Counted from the first letter of the whole stretch, positions 38,003-52,246 are shown. The stretch: 63,604 nucleotides of DNA, filler included, from Octopus bimaculoides (GCF_001194135.2; 6 parts of 6 records of this genome joined end to end with filler, not necessarily neighbours in it); one strand, 5' to 3'. Notes: generated from the sequence alone by a model not told the origin. Translations and numbers: made by a program.

Positions 38003-40877
38003 ATTTCGTAAAAAAGAAAAAATGTAGAAAATAGACAATTAAATCTGATTTATCAAATTACCACAGTTAGAAATTTTTAAGATTGGAAAGAAAACAAGTT
38101 TTGTCTATTATTCTAGAAACTATTTATCCAGACTTATCAGCAAGAGGATTCTTTTTCTTTTTTTTTTTTTCGTTTCCAAATATAACAGAATCGTTCATTT
38201 TTTTTTATTGTATTGTATTATACCTTCTTCATCTTCTTCCTCTTCTATTTCTTCTCTGTGTTCGAACAATGCTGGAGGGTAAAACTATTTAAATGTATGC
38301 AGACGAATTTTTACGCTAACATCTTTAACAATGTACCAAGTGTGAAGAGACAAAATGCAATTAATTCTAAATAGAATGTCACTTAAATCTGAACGTCCAT
38401 AACACTTGAAGTTGAACGACCGCAGTTTTACTTGGCTCTGAAAAGGAGTGAACACTGCTTTAATACACGTGAGGCTGAAGACCAATTCCATCACAGACCT
38501 ATGGAGATCTGCCAACGGTAAACATGCAATTAAGTGAATGAATGAGACATTGAGTGCATGTGGTGGAGGAGTGAAGAAGTGAGCGGAAAATGAAGAGAGA
38601 GAGAGAGCGGGGTTACCTGGTCTTGGTCAGGTGGTCAGCAACTAAACCAGCACCGTATTTGGCTTATCCACCCATTGATGGGGTATCTAAATCCCCGGCA
38701 GGATCTTAAGTAATAAAACCTGTCAAAGCCGGATGGGTTCCTTGAGAAGAGAGGATGTACAGCGTCGGGGTTAGTAAGTGCTTGACTGACTGTTACTCAA
38801 GCATTTAATTTTACATCGTTTCGCTTTCCTATACTGAGTGGGACGGAAAAGATTATCCTTGCAACAAAAATATCGTGTCAACGATTTTATATAGAACAGC
38901 TTTAGACAGCGGGAGCATTCTAAAATTAACTGACGTTTAATCATCACTTACTGCAAACAATAACAAGCACCAGCATCAGGGAGATGCTGGCTAAACCTAC
39001 TAGACATAGCAGTCAAATGCCCCTCAAATCTCATACCGGTATGCATATATTCAGACATACATATACACATACACAGATACATACATGTATACATACACAT
39101 ACATACATACATAAGCATACATATATACATATATGCATAGACATACATACATATATACATATATACATAGACATACATACATTCATATATACACAGACGT
39201 ACATACATATATACATGCATACATACATGCAAATATACATACATAAATGCATACATACATACATACATACATACATACATACATACATACATACATACGT
39301 ATATGATGGCTGCAACATGATTGCGAGCAATGCCATCGCTGGATTTTCCTCTTAAACATGAGCAGTGCAAGTGCCACTTTTTAACCCTACAAGGGACCTA
39401 CATTCTTTTGAAAGGATGTAATAACTAAGTACTGGACTGATAAAAAGTAATCAATAAAAAGTGCAGTATTATTCTCCTAAACCCGTCAGGGCGGGGGTCC
39501 CAAGATTGCCGCATTCCGGTGATTGAAATAAGTAAACGATTAAACACACATAACTACATACATAATATATGCATAAATACATATATACATAAATAGACTG
39601 ATATTTTTACTTAACAATAATTATGTTAATGGTGCATTTTATTTAATTTCTTAACAAAGTTTTATACAACAGTCTTCCTGCTCGATGTAAATTGAGAACT
39701 TGAGTTAAGAATTATGAGATGAATATGGACTTCTGTAACAATTTGTGTCGTCAATTTTACAACTTTATGTTTACATTAAGAGCGACAAATTAGATTAGGA
39801 GGTATGCATTAAGTTCTTAAAAGTTCATTTGATTGTTTTGGTGGGAAAATCAATTAAGTTTCGTTGTGTGAGACTTTTAAATATACGCAAACGTCGTTAT
39901 TGGATGTGAGTACAGATTAAGTAGAAATCAGTATACACGCGTTTGTATTATCTTTCGCTTATATATAAGATTAGTGCGTGTGTCTGTTGTGTCGATTGAA
40001 ATGTTGGAGTGACACTTGAAAATATATCAAACATAGTATTGAAATAAATTTCCATATATCATATTATATAACTTCGGAAACAATTAACCCTTCTGTTAGT
40101 ATATAAGCGTCTTTCACCATTCAATACAATTGTCAGCGGTGATTCAAAGAGAATTGTAAAAGTATTTTTGTTTATATATAATACAGCACAGAAAGTCGTA
40201 TTGCGCGCAAGCAACGAGAACATTGGGAGCTTGGTAGCTGCTAAAAAGAGTAGCCAGAATGCTGTGTGAGTCGATCACTACGTGGATACGTCTTCGTTTT
40301 TGTTTATTCTTGAAATTAAGGAACCAGTTGATTATGGCGGTGCCGAAACCCTGTTCGATCAACTCTGTGGACTTTTTGATGATGTGTATCAAATCAGCTT
40401 CGCAGTTCGCGATGTGAATCTCCTTGATTCGCAGCTAAATTTGTGCACGGGTATGCTGGTGGTCGGGTCGGGGTCACGAAGAACTTGCCTTTACAGAACA
40501 TGCGCTTGAGAACAAGCACGGTTTTCCCAATAAGGCGTCTTAAATAAATGAACTTTTATGGCTTTTAGATGTTCTTCGGCAAATATAAAATAGGTTGCCG
40601 TATCGTATTCAGTTGACATTCGTAAATAAATCTTATTTTAAATCACGGCTTTATCGTTGCATTTCGTGGAAAGCAAATATGAGCATATGTTCTCTAGATA
40701 TGTATCTATGAAATGCATACTTTCCCTTTATTTATTCCAAGTAGGTATTGATCATAGCCCNNNNNNNNNNNNNNNNNNNNNNNNNNNNNNNNNNNNNNNN
40801 NNNNTTAATTAATTAANNNNNNNNNNNNNNNNNNNNNNNNNNNNNNNNNNNNNNNNNNNNTATATATATATATATAT

Positions 40878-41380
40878 GATATCTTTGTTTCAGTCATTGA
40901 ACTGCGACCATGCTGGATCATCGTATTGAGTGGTTTAGCCAGATTGATACCAGGAATTACTTTATTAAAAGCCGGGTACTTATTCTATCAGTATTTTTCG
41001 CCTAATTGCTACGCTACGGAACGCAAAAAGCCAACACAAATGCACGCATGCACACACATATATGTATAGAGTGTTTGAAGTGATCTACAGATATTGTATA
41101 TTAAAAAAAAAAGGAAGTAGTCAGAATTTTGAATAATTCTTTATTAGCGCTTTCATTCGTTTATTGAACTCGTCAAGACAAATTTAAAGCCAAAATTATA
41201 TAAAATTCTGTCTGCCTTCTTTTTCTCAACACACACACACACAAGGTTTCTTCCAGTTTGTCCACCAAGTCCACTCAAAAATCTTTGGTCAGCTGGGGAC
41301 CACATTAGATAACACTTACCCAAGGTGCCACGCAGAGGGACTGAACTCAGAACAATGGGAAGCAAACTTCTTACCACACA
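40878..41380 (-). mobile_element. SINE family B, degenerate (3' part 40878-41040, head 41245-41380)
   Basis: tgtttcagtcattgaactgcgaccatgctgga and cccaaggtgccacgcagagggactgaac motifs. Confidence 0.7.
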
Positions 41381-42817
41381 TATTACGTAGACGCGCGCGC
41401 ACGCACACAGATATAGAGCAACAGAGACATACGCACGCACAAACACAGTAATACAGATGCACACGTACACACAACTATAAACACTGTGTCGGTATTTGTA
41501 TAATTGTATTTGTGTTCGTGCGTGCTTATGTCTGTCGCTCTGTACGTGTTTGTGTGAACATATGTGTGTGTGTGCGTGTGTGTGTGCGTGTACATCAGTA
41601 CTTATGCGTGCTCACGTGTGTGTATGTGTGCAGGTGTATGTAAAATAATGTCCATTACTCCAACGAACGAACACTAATGGAGTTCATTCACACTGTTCCT
41701 AATTCATTTGACCCACAAGAAAGAAAGAAAAAAGTACGGATTTGCGTGTTTGAAGTTGAGAAACATCAACCGATTAACTACAATAGATAAACTCATTGAC
41801 ACAGTTCCAATAAAATGAATAACTCGGTTCTGAGAATCGTATGTGTGTAAAAACAATTGCAAGTGTGTAAAAACAGCCTTATAAGGTTCAAATGTCCATA
41901 TAAGGAGAAAAAAGTCGGTTCTTGTTGCTGAGATTAATCGATATACGTACAGCTGTTCGCTCCGCCCAATCTCCATTATTCACACAGATATAGAGAACCT
42001 ATATTTACGTGTTCACATATGAATTCTTGCAAACCTGAATGACAAATGGTAAAAGCCATTGAAGATGGCTGGAAACAGAGAGTGAGGGGGGNNNNNNNNN
42101 NNNNNNNNNNNNNNNNNNNNNNNNNNNNNNNNNNNNNNNNNNNNNNNNNNNNNNNNNNNNNNNNNNNNNNNNNNNNNNNNNNNNNNNNNNNNNNNNNNNN
42201 NNNNNNNNNNNNNNNNNNNNNNNNNNNNNNNNNNNNNNNNNNNNNNNNNNNNNNNNNNNNNNNNNNNNNNNNNNNNNNNNNNNNNNNNNNNNNNNNNNNN
42301 NNNNNNNNNNNNNNNNNNNNNNNNNNNNNNNNNNNNNNNNNNNNNNNNNNNNNNNNNNNNNNNNNNNNNNNNNNNNNNNNNNNNNNNNNNNNNNNNNNNN
42401 NNNNNNNNNNNNNNNNNNNNNNNNNNNNNNNNNNNNNNNNNNNNNNNNNNNNNNNNNNNNNNNNNNNNNNNNNNNNNNNNNNNNNNNNNNNNNNNNNNNN
42501 NNNNNNNNNNNNNNNNNNNNNNTTTATGTTTGCATCAATTTGATAAACAGAAAAACCAAAGTAAATAATAAACATCAAAATTCAAACCGAAAAGTGGCAG
42601 ACGAACAAAAAAATGGTTCATAACTTTAAAATGTTGGCACAAAGCCGTCTTTTTATGCGTGGGGGAGGGGGGAGCATTGATCCCAGTACTTAACAAGCGT
42701 TTTATTATTTTATAAACCCCCACAAGAATAAAGGACTAAGCTGACTGCATCGGTTTTTAATAATGCTACCAAAAGTTAATTCTAAAACATCAAAAGTTTC
42801 AATCACAGTGATAATAA

Positions 42818-43015
42818 TGGTTTGAAATTTCGACACAAGGCCAGCAGTTTTAGGGGCAAAAGGGGTTTAGTCAATTACATCAACCTTGTTTTATCAACCC
42901 TGAAAGGACGAAAGCAAAGTTGACAGCAGCAGAATTTGAACTCAGAATGTAATTAGAAGAAATACCACGAAGCATTTTGTCTGATGCTCAAATGATTCTG
43001 CCAGCTCACTGTCTT
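42818..43015 (-). mobile_element. SINE family A
   Basis: Reverse complement of the full body; (AAT)n at both ends. Confidence 0.8.
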
Positions 43016-43031
43016 CATAATAATAATAATA

Positions 43032-44012
43032 TTGTCTTCCTCACAACAGACACACCAGCCACCTTTAGAAACCTTCTGAGAGAAGCTGCTGGGAAACCCC
43101 TGCAGCCAACCTCGAACGCAACCAGCTCACAGATGTAACCCTTCTCCTGAATCTCAGCTACCAGCTCTTCATAACCCAACAGTTTCCGCTCATGGGTCTC
43201 AGCAATACTCTCCTCCAATGGTACAGTCAGCTCCCCAAGGACCATACATCTCTGACCCTCATCTACCAAAACCAGGTTGGGACGGAGTGCTGACACAACG
43301 ATGCTTTCAGGCAAGGGCTTGTCCATGAACACCTCCCATTTTCTGTCTTCGGCCTCACACCTTGCTTCAAAAATTCTGTCTTGTGCAAGCTCAGTTCAGG
43401 CAGTTGACCCCCTCTTGTAACGTTTAGCACTAAATTATGTCTAAATGTATACCATCCAGACTGGAGTGCTTTTGGGCAAGCTGACAGCATGTGTTTGAGG
43501 CTGCCATACTTCCCACACAAGTGGCACTGTGGACTCTCTTGGATACCCCATTTTTTGAGATTTGCTGGAGACGGATGCACATCATACGCAGTCCAGCTTT
43601 CAAATGCCCTGCACTCAACCGCCACCGATCAGACCACTTCAACTCCAGCTTTTCGACATCCTCCCAATTCAGCCACCGACCCTGCTGTGCTTGTTTCGCT
43701 GCGTGACCCAGATGCCTCTCATCTTCCAGCTGCCTTACTTGTTGTTCACGTAGCTTCTGCTGTTCTTGTTCACTTGACTCAGACCCGCTCTCTCTTGACA
43801 AGCCCTACATCAGCCCTGCCATCTATCATCATGCCCTGCACTTCAGCATGCTGAGCCATCTCCTCAAGCTGCACCTCAGTGACCTTCCATTTCCTACCAG
43901 TTTTCAAATCTGGTGGATTGTCCTGGGTCACAGTGTCCCTTGACTCAGACAGCAACATCGATTGCAGGCGCACCTTGGAGACCTTGTACTCCTCCACTTG
44001 TGATGTCAGGGG
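43032..44012 (-). mobile_element. HERO-like (R2 group) REL non-LTR retrotransposon relic
   Basis: Three frameshifted pieces: SQVEEYKVSKVRLQSML...KTGRKWKV; QQGRWLNWE...YDVHPSPANLKKWG..CHLC..SLKHMLSAC.KAL..YTFRHNLVL (CCHC knuckle); RPNLVL..ELTVPLEE...K..YEEL..EVGCRGF (REL). Confidence 0.85.
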
Positions 44013-44155
44013 CGTGTGTGTGTGTGTGTGTGTGAGCATCCCTGCCTGCCATCAATTGGTCTGCAAACATCAGCTGACAGATGTCATGGCTGAATATCAG
44101 CTGTATCGTTTTGTATGGAGAGAGAATAAAGAGCATAGAAGACAAAAATAGATAA

Positions 44156-44193
<38 letters not shown>

Positions 44194-44734
44194 GTAGGTA
44201 GGTAGATAGATAAACTGACAGACAGATAAAACAGGGACTGGGTATATATGTACAAACTTCATTTAACATCCCCTAATTAACCCGATTTTTATTTATTTAT
44301 TCCTTCAATTTTGCTCTTTCTGTTTTCAACTGTTAACACTAATGAGAACGTAATTATTATTTGCTTACCTGTCTGTCTGCCATTTTCCTTTAGATGTTAC
44401 CTCACCTGTTGATTAATATAACATACTGCAGGTGTTCATCAAAAGCACTTAACCAAATCAAATTAAGCCATTCAATCATGATAAATTTACATAAGTGATC
44501 AACAAAGGTGATTACTAGGTTTGAAATTAGTTGTTGTTGTTCTAGTTTAACCCCAGATCAGGCCAAGTGGAGTAGTCTTATGATCAAAGATGTTGCAGCT
44601 GTGAAAGGATACCTTAAAATCCCTAACTCAAAATACTGTAGGATGTTTATCTCGGTGCTGTAAGGGCAGAATTGCATAGAAGGGGCCTGAGTTGTGTGAG
44701 GAGCCTGCTTGCCAATGTAGGCCCCTGGCCTGGC

Positions 44735-44893
44735 TCTCCATCAGTTGCAATGATGCGTGTTGCTGCTGATTTGATTAACGGAACAGTCTGCTTGTAAAAT
44801 TAATGTACAAGTGGCTGAGTACTCCACAGACACATGTACCATTAATGTAGTTCCCAGGGAGATTCAGCATGATACAGAATGTGACAAGGCTGA
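44735..44893 (-). mobile_element. SINE family D 3' fragment
   Basis: Homologous to 15560-15698 (aacggaacag...caagtggctgag.actccacagacac...gtgacaaggctg). Confidence 0.75.
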
Positions 44894-45103
44894 CTCAATT
44901 TGGCAGGAGTAACATGGAATAAAGTGCTTTGCTCAAAAACAAAACGTACAACCAGGTATCAAACTCAGAGCCAAACAACTTAACCACTAAGCCACAAGCC
45001 TAGGAGCATACATATCCTATATATTCATGAACACATATTCATACATATACGGAGATAGATATACATATCCTATATACATATGCATGTGTGTGTGTGAAAA
45101 CAT

Positions 45104-45143
<40 letters not shown>

Positions 45144-45194
45144 GTGTATGTATGTGTGTGTGTGTGTGTGTGTGTGCGCGTGTGCTTGTTGTGT

Positions 45195-45385
45195 CACTGT
45201 CATACAAATAGTGTCACTTGTTTCCAATATTCTGTGAAAACATCTCTGGCCATGGGGAGATATTACCTTGTTTGGAAAGAAGTGAACATTGGTGACTGGA
45301 TGGGCATCCAGCTGCAAAAGATTTGCCTCAACAAATTTAGTTTAACCCAGAACCATGCAAGCAAGGAAAAGTGGACATTCAAATG
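45195..45385 (+). mobile_element. Unclassified SINE-like 3' fragment (family E; second copy ~49235-49425)
   Basis: Both copies share cttgtttcca...atatt.acctt..ttggaaaga...ccatgcaa.ca.ggaaaagtggacatt..aatgatg. Confidence 0.6.
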
Positions 45386-46825
45386 ATGTGCTTTTATTTC
45401 TTTATTCATTATCTATTTTGATGTTTATTTTTATAATTTCAAATCCTGAAGGTCGAAAGGGTGTGGCAGTCTTTTATATCGTCTCCTTTTATCTCTCTAG
45501 TGTTGGGACTAAGGACAATACCAGAAACAAACCATAGTTTGGTCATAAAACCAAATAATTTGGAAGCTGCTGTGAATCTTAACATTTTACTCAAGAAGGC
45601 TCTTTAAAACAACGAAATGCTTTCCTTGCCATAGGAAACAAGCTCACATCTTTCACTCTCTCATTTCTTTCACTTACTGGACGGTGGTCAAGGCCCTCTT
45701 AGTAACATTATAGGACTCTGGGTAAATCAGTGCACTGACCATAAAGTATGTATTTATTGACAGCAAGCCATGGCATACATAAATGAGAAATGGGTACCTA
45801 GGTCTGTGCGCCTCAGGCAATTGGCAGGCACTGTGGCCATACTGAAGCACCACCTTGTTGTGTTTAGTCTAACAAATTGATTGCAGCACTTAGATTCTAA
45901 GTCTGGTACTTATTGTATTGGATTTCTTTTGCCTAACAGCTAAGTTAAGGGGACAGAAACAAACCAACACTAATTGTTAAGTGATGGTTGAGCAAACACA
46001 TAAACATTTATATACACACCCACACACATGAAGGCAATCTTTATCTCCAACTCAATGTAGATATATTGTTAGAGCACCAACCACTGCATGATACTCTCAG
46101 AGGACCTGTCATGTGGGCACATGGTGCATAAAAGCAGCATATTTATTAAAGTAACATGCTTATAAAAGCATCATGTTTATATTGCTGGTGGATGAGAAGC
46201 AAGTGCTATGGGCATTGGGATACTTTCATTTGAAATAGTTTGCAAAACTACAATAAATCTAATTTTTGAACAGAAAGAAATAGTCTAGGAAAATCTATTT
46301 GAAATATTTATCTTCTCTTACACACCTTAAAATGATAATTAACTTCTTTAAGAAAGAAAAAAACTGAAACAAAAAAGATCCCTCATGAACTTGTCTGTTA
46401 ACTGAGGGGATGGCGTTCTATAAATGAATCCTTGTTTATCTTTTTCAAGCAAACTCGTTTTTATAAAATTGAAATAACACAGAAGAAATGACCAGATAAG
46501 GTAAACTGAAAATAAGCAAATATTAGTAAATGCATTTTGACCGTTTGGGTGAGTTGACAGTGTTTTGTCATTTAACTAAGATGTTTTAAACAAACACAGC
46601 TTAAGTTTCTCTTTCATTCGGGTTCTGAATATTTGAATATTTGAAAGGGAAACTTAAGAAGAGATTCATGGAAATACTTTCAATGATTTTGTAGACTAAA
46701 GAATGTCTCAATATTCTAAAAGTAAGTTACAGGCAGAGCTGAGGGATTGAGAAGTTTACATCCGAACAACAAAATTTCAAGTTCAGTCTTACAGCATGGC
46801 ACCTTGAGCAAGTTTTTTTCTGATC

Positions 46826-47850
46826 TTTGGTGAACCTCTAAATTCATCACTATACTCATTGTTAACCTTCACCTTACTGACAACATCTCTGTACATGGCT
46901 TGTGCAGCTCTCACTAACAACTCATCTATCCTTAGGTTCTGCATTGACCAACAGATAAGGGATCAGGGGACAAAAGCCATGTATAGGGGTTCATTTTTTA
47001 CTAAATATTTCTCCTGAAGTTAGTTGCCTAACCAGGAATATAGCATAAGCTGTGTTCCTGCCTGGTACAAATCTGAACTGCATTTTATCTACACTAACTC
47101 TCTTCCTAATTAATTGAGCTATGACCCTTTCAGTGACTTTCATCATCTGGTCCAGCAATTTGATGCTTCTGTAATTATTCCTGTCTAAGGTGTCACCTTT
47201 ACCTTTTTAGCAGTCAATTGCTACACCAATCGTTGGGTAGGACTTCTTTGTGCACAACCTGAATCCCTATACAGGTGACAAAGCTATATCCTACTCTGCC
47301 AAATATTTTAAGCATCTCAGTGGTGATTCCTGATGGGCCAGGGGCTTCCCTTTCTTCATATCCTCCACTGCTTTATCAAGCAAGCTACTGTCGATACGGA
47401 TAGCTTGTCCCTCAGCTCGGTCAACATTTAGCAGACTCTTCTCTCATTCATTCTCAACATTTAGCAGCCTTTCATGATGGTGTTTTCAAGCTTCTTTCTT
47501 TGCAGAATCATTAAATGCATGTGAACCATCATCCACGCAGACACAGTTCTCTCCTATGACATCATGATCTTCTCTCACAATCTGAAACATAGGCAAAGTT
47601 CTTCTTTTCTGCTTCTTCCCTAACTAGATACATCCGTCTCTTGGCTTCCCTTCTGGTTCTCTGATACAGTTCTCTGCTACCCTCACGCTTCCAGTACTTC
47701 CAAGCCTGTTTCTTTGCTCCAATGGCTTTGTCTACAACATCATTCCACCACCACATTGCTCTAGGTCTGAATGGAACTTTGCACCAGTTGCAGATTTGGT
47801 CTGTGGCACTCAGCAAACTGTCCTGCAGGAATTCCCTGTGGCCCTCTAAG
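46826..47850 (-). mobile_element. RTE-clade LINE relic (linker + RT N-terminal half)
   Basis: WWWNDVVDKAI..KKQAWK.WK; KGKGDTLDRNNYRSIKLLDQMMKVTERV; MQFRFVPGRNT..AI; LQEKYL...LYMAFV; multiple stops and frameshifts. Confidence 0.88.
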
Positions 47851-48458
47851 TTACAAATATGGATAGATGGATGGATGGATAGAGAGATAAATCGAGATTG
47901 ATAGACAGACAGACAGATAAATAGATAAAAATAGGTGAACAAACAAAACATAAAAAAAAGATATATTGAGTTAGATAGATACACAGCCGGTTAGAGACAG
48001 ATGGACAGGCAGCCAGACAAACAGATACATAAACAGAAATATTGAGTAAGATAAATTTACAGACAGACGGGACGGACGGATAGAAGACAAACAGGCAAAT
48101 AGATAGATACCCATGCTAGTATGGAAAGCGGGCGTTAAACGATGATGATGATGATGATGATACCTTTACATGTGTCTTACATACCAAATGAACCTTTCCT
48201 ACTTATCCACCAAAATTTTTTTCAACAAGGTGAAAGCAAAACTTCTTATTTATCTATTTATTTATATATATTTATGTTTATTTATTTATCTACAGATAAT
48301 GGTTGGGGTGTGTGGGGGATTGAAGTAGCTTTTGTTTGTTGTAGGTTTTTATCTCTTAGACTTAATAGAACCTATAAAAATACAAATGCAGCTGATAATA
48401 TGACTAGGATCATGTTATAAGTCAGATTATTTGGGAGAAAACAAGGCAAATGAAATAG

Positions 48459-48503
<45 letters not shown>

Positions 48504-49422
48504 GGTGAGAAAGAAGAGGAGAGGAAGAAAGAGAGAGAAGAGGAACAAAGAGAAAAGAAAGACAGAGAGAAAGAAAGAGAGTGTGTGACAAGGAACTGTG
48601 CAAAACCCCAACAGCTCTCAACTCTAAATGGCTAATTAAATTTCTAAATTTAGGACTGTTCTTGTGAGGCGCTGAACCAAGTGTGCTACTGATGGTGATG
48701 AAGATGATGGAGGTGGTGGTGACAATGTTGTTGAAGTGGGGGTAGGGGCTGATCAAAGTGGGATCTGAGGGAGGTGAACCTTTGTAATGAAGATTAGAGA
48801 GAATGAGAGAAACTGATAAAACAACTCTGGCAAAATTCTTCTATGATACTAACGATGATGATGATGATAATGCTGCTGATGATGATGATGATGGTGAAGG
48901 CAATGATGCTTTTGATAAATATGAAGAGGCTGGTGTGTGTGCGTGTGTATCATTATTCTTTAACAAGTGTAGTGCTGATAGTGACTTCGAAGTTTTGGCC
49001 TGCTTAGCCTTTATTGGATAGTCTAATGAAGACTAAGTAGGTTGAAACTTCGAAGTCACAATCAAAATTATTCCTGTTAAAGAATAATAAATTTGTACGC
49101 TACAAAAATTGAGTAATCCTTCAATATAATGTAAAATTATTTTTGTTATAACTCAACATAAAAACAAACATCAATGTGTGTGTGTGTGCATGTGGGTGTG
49201 TACCCTTATCTTGATATCATATGATAGTTGTAAATGAGCATCATCATCATCATCATATAAGCAAGGTTGCTTGTTTCCAGTAATCTGTGGAAAACATTGT
49301 GGAAATATTTACCTTACTTGGAAAGAGGAAAGGGTTGCTGACAGGAATGGCAATATGGTTGTAGAAGACCTTACTCAACAATTTCTGTCAGACCCATGCA
49401 ATCATGGAAAAGTGGACATTAA

Positions 49423-49453
<31 letters not shown>

Positions 49454-50371
49454 CTTTTGTTCCTTCTGTTTTGAGCAGAAATTCTTACTAATGGCACCAT
49501 CAGCTTGCATTGCTAGAATGTAATGAAAACGGCACCACCAAATCCAGCCTTAATTCCTAAAATGCTGCTATATGAGATAAGTCAACTTTACTTTACCCAT
49601 CCTTGAAAAAGAAAAAAAATGTACCTCACTTTTCTAGTCACAAGAAATTGCCATTTTAAGTTAGACATCAGTTTTCTATTTTATCTCTTCTTACCATTCA
49701 TGGTGCCAGTTTTATTTCCAGATAACTTATAAGGAATGAGGTGAGGAGGTCACATAAAATTAAAAAAATAAAATGAATTAAAATCAAATCAAATACAATA
49801 TGTAAAATAAAGATAAAATCTTTTAAAAACTTTTCTTTTCTTTTTTTTTTTTTTTTCATAGTAAAAAAATATTTCTTTTGCCATCTGCTATCAGGGCTAG
49901 CTTTTGGTGAGTCAATCCCAAATATCTATCTCCACCACCACTGCTACTACCCCCACCACCACCATATCTAGCTTGCAGACTATCTTGTGCAACACATTTC
50001 TAACCTAGCCACTATTGCCATCACTTCAGACAACACAGACACCACCACCACCACCACCGCCACTGCTACCACCACCGCTGCTACCACCACCACTCTACTG
50101 CTGCTACTGCCACTGCTGTCCCCACCACTGCCACCATCACCATAAAAACACATTCACTGTCATCACAACACCATCTTTCTTGCCATTACCTCTGTCACTA
50201 CCGTTCTTTAGTTCTCCTCTACATAAAACCATCCTACCATTACAACCTGCAAATTAGCAGAGTTGTTACAGCATTGGATAAAATGCCTTACAGTGTTTGT
50301 TTTGACCGTTGGTGCTCTGGGTTCAAATCTCATTGAGGTCAACTTCATCTTTCATAATTTTAGGATTGTAC

Positions 50372-51050
50372 CAGTGCCCCTCCTGCGCCAGAAAGATTCC
50401 CTATCCTCTCTAAGGTGTAGCGTAGAAGATGGAGACTGTCGTGGATCGACCTGCCCGGGATGGCGCAAGTTTGTGCTCTCCTTACAAGTCTGTTCATGAC
50501 CTGCACCAACCTTTTTGCTAACACCTTGGCCAAAATCTTTAACTCTGTGTTTAGCAGAGTTATGGGCCGGAAGTTACTAATCTCATCCCCCTTGCTCGAG
50601 TCCTTTCTGATCAGCATCACCATCCCTTGGCTTGCAGACTTGGGAATTCTCCCATTCTGCTGCCAATTGGCATAAACGCTGGCCAGCAGGTGCCAGATCA
50701 AGCCTGGCAGACACTTATAGAATTCATAGGGCAGACCATCGAGACCCGGTGACCTCTCCCCAGGGCATTCACCTAGCACCTCGATTACTTCCTCGACTGT
50801 GATTGGCCCTTCACAGCACTCAGCCACTCTTGCTGAGAGATGTGGGCTGCCAGACAGGAAGTCTCTAAGGGCCTCACCATGATCCAGCTTCCCGCTCCTC
50901 CCGAACAACTCAGCAAAGTGCTTGTAAAGCGCCTCACGTCTCATCCTGTCCTTCAATCGAACTCCCACTATCGTCAGTCAGAGACCTAATTGTGACACCA
51001 TTGCCACACTGGGTTTCTACCGTATGGGCTCATCTGGCAACATTAATTCC
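50372..51050 (-). mobile_element. L1/Tx1-clade LINE RT N-terminal fragment
   Basis: PITVEEV...SPGLDGLPYEFYK...NFRPITLLNTELKILAKVLAKRL...QTCAIPGRSIHD; truncated at both ends. Confidence 0.88.
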
Positions 51051-51307
51051 CTCACAGCCCAATGCTTGCACTTTAGCCCAGACTCTACATCCCTCATAAC
51101 TGGAACAAATTCTGACTATGACTAAACATCTATTGCAGAAACACACACGTTCATAAACCCACAAAATCAAACCAATGAGTAAGACTGTGCATGGTGGCTT
51201 AACTTGTCTAAAATAGCAGAATAATCTTCCTCAAATCACAGTTTGTACGTTTGTGCTGTTTATGTTTGTTTTTCCATATTAGCATGGATTAGATGAATAT
51301 ATATTAT

Positions 51308-51383
51308 CAAGACATGGGATGAGGTGGTGAGGCACGACCTTTGAATGTTGGGCCTCACAGAGGCAATGACAAGCGACCAAAAC
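51308..51383 (+). mobile_element. RTE ORF C-terminal scrap
   Basis: KTWDEVVRHDL*MLGLTEAMTSD resembles the RTE C-terminus. Confidence 0.55.
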
Positions 51384-51470
51384 CTCTAGAGCAGTGGTTT
51401 CCCAACCGACTTTTGGCCTTACCCCACTGAATCATTTCTAAAATCCTGATCCCCACCACTTGTGATATCG
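51384..51470 (+). mobile_element. hAT (Charlie-like) element terminus
   Basis: CTCTAGAG target-like octamer followed directly by CAGTGGTTTCCCAACC; other end not seen. Confidence 0.6.
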
Positions 51471-51984
51471 AATTTTGGTTATTCAAAAGTTTTACTACTA
51501 TTCACTTGGAGGAAGCTTAAAAGGTTATTAACTTGGTCCCTAAACAAGCTTCCAAAGAACATGGCATTCATGAAAGAGAAAAATAAAAGAAAAACGGAAG
51601 GGCAGTTAAATAAATGAAGTTTCAAAAACTTTGTGGAGGACACCCCCGAGCCAAAGAAGTGGACTGTTCCACTACAAATAAATAATCGACAGACATAACG
51701 AGTGGGGAAAGCAGCAAGCCACTTCTTGTTTTTTAATCAATTTGATCCCGGTTAGATGTGGGTTGTATTGTGCATTGTTGTATACTGTTGAAGGTCTCCC
51801 GTAGGGGTGAGCCTATGATTTGGATTCTCTTCCTCCCCATTTTTGGGTCAAGTGGAGGGAAGGGAGAAATGGAGTGTGAACTAGTTCCGGCAGGTGCTGG
51901 CAGTTACGCCTCAGCAACTGGAAGGGGTGTGGCTGCAGATGCGCTGGAGGTGGAAATCAAGTGGAGGAGTGCAACGGGTTATTA

Positions 51985-52030
<46 letters not shown>

Positions 52031-52035
<5 letters not shown>

Positions 52036-52126
52036 TCACTGCCTGGAATCGAATTCGGAATTTTGGGGTTAGTAGCACGTGCTCTTTACCCCAAGATTCC
52101 GAGTTTGATTCCAGGCAGTGATCTGA
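52031..52126. repeat. 96-bp imperfect palindrome (48-bp arms, no spacer) inside (ATT)n/(AAT)n
   Basis: Arms match at 41/48 positions with no indel; centre GCACGTGC. Confidence 0.95.
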
Positions 52127-52200
52127 ATAATGATAATAATAATAATAACATCATCGAAAAATACCTTAGGAATGAGAACCCAGGTTCGAAATTTCCCCAA

Positions 52201-52246
52201 GACACCTGATGAAGGCTGGAGGGTTTATCAGCCGAAATGCTGTGTT
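52201..52246 (+). ncRNA. Minimal type I hammerhead ribozyme motif, probably inactive copy
   Basis: GACAC-CTGATGA-a-GGCTG(gagggtttat)CAGCC-GAAA-tgct-GTGTT: core boxes, 5-bp stem II and stem I are present; the stem III/NUH region deviates from the canonical form. Confidence 0.7.
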
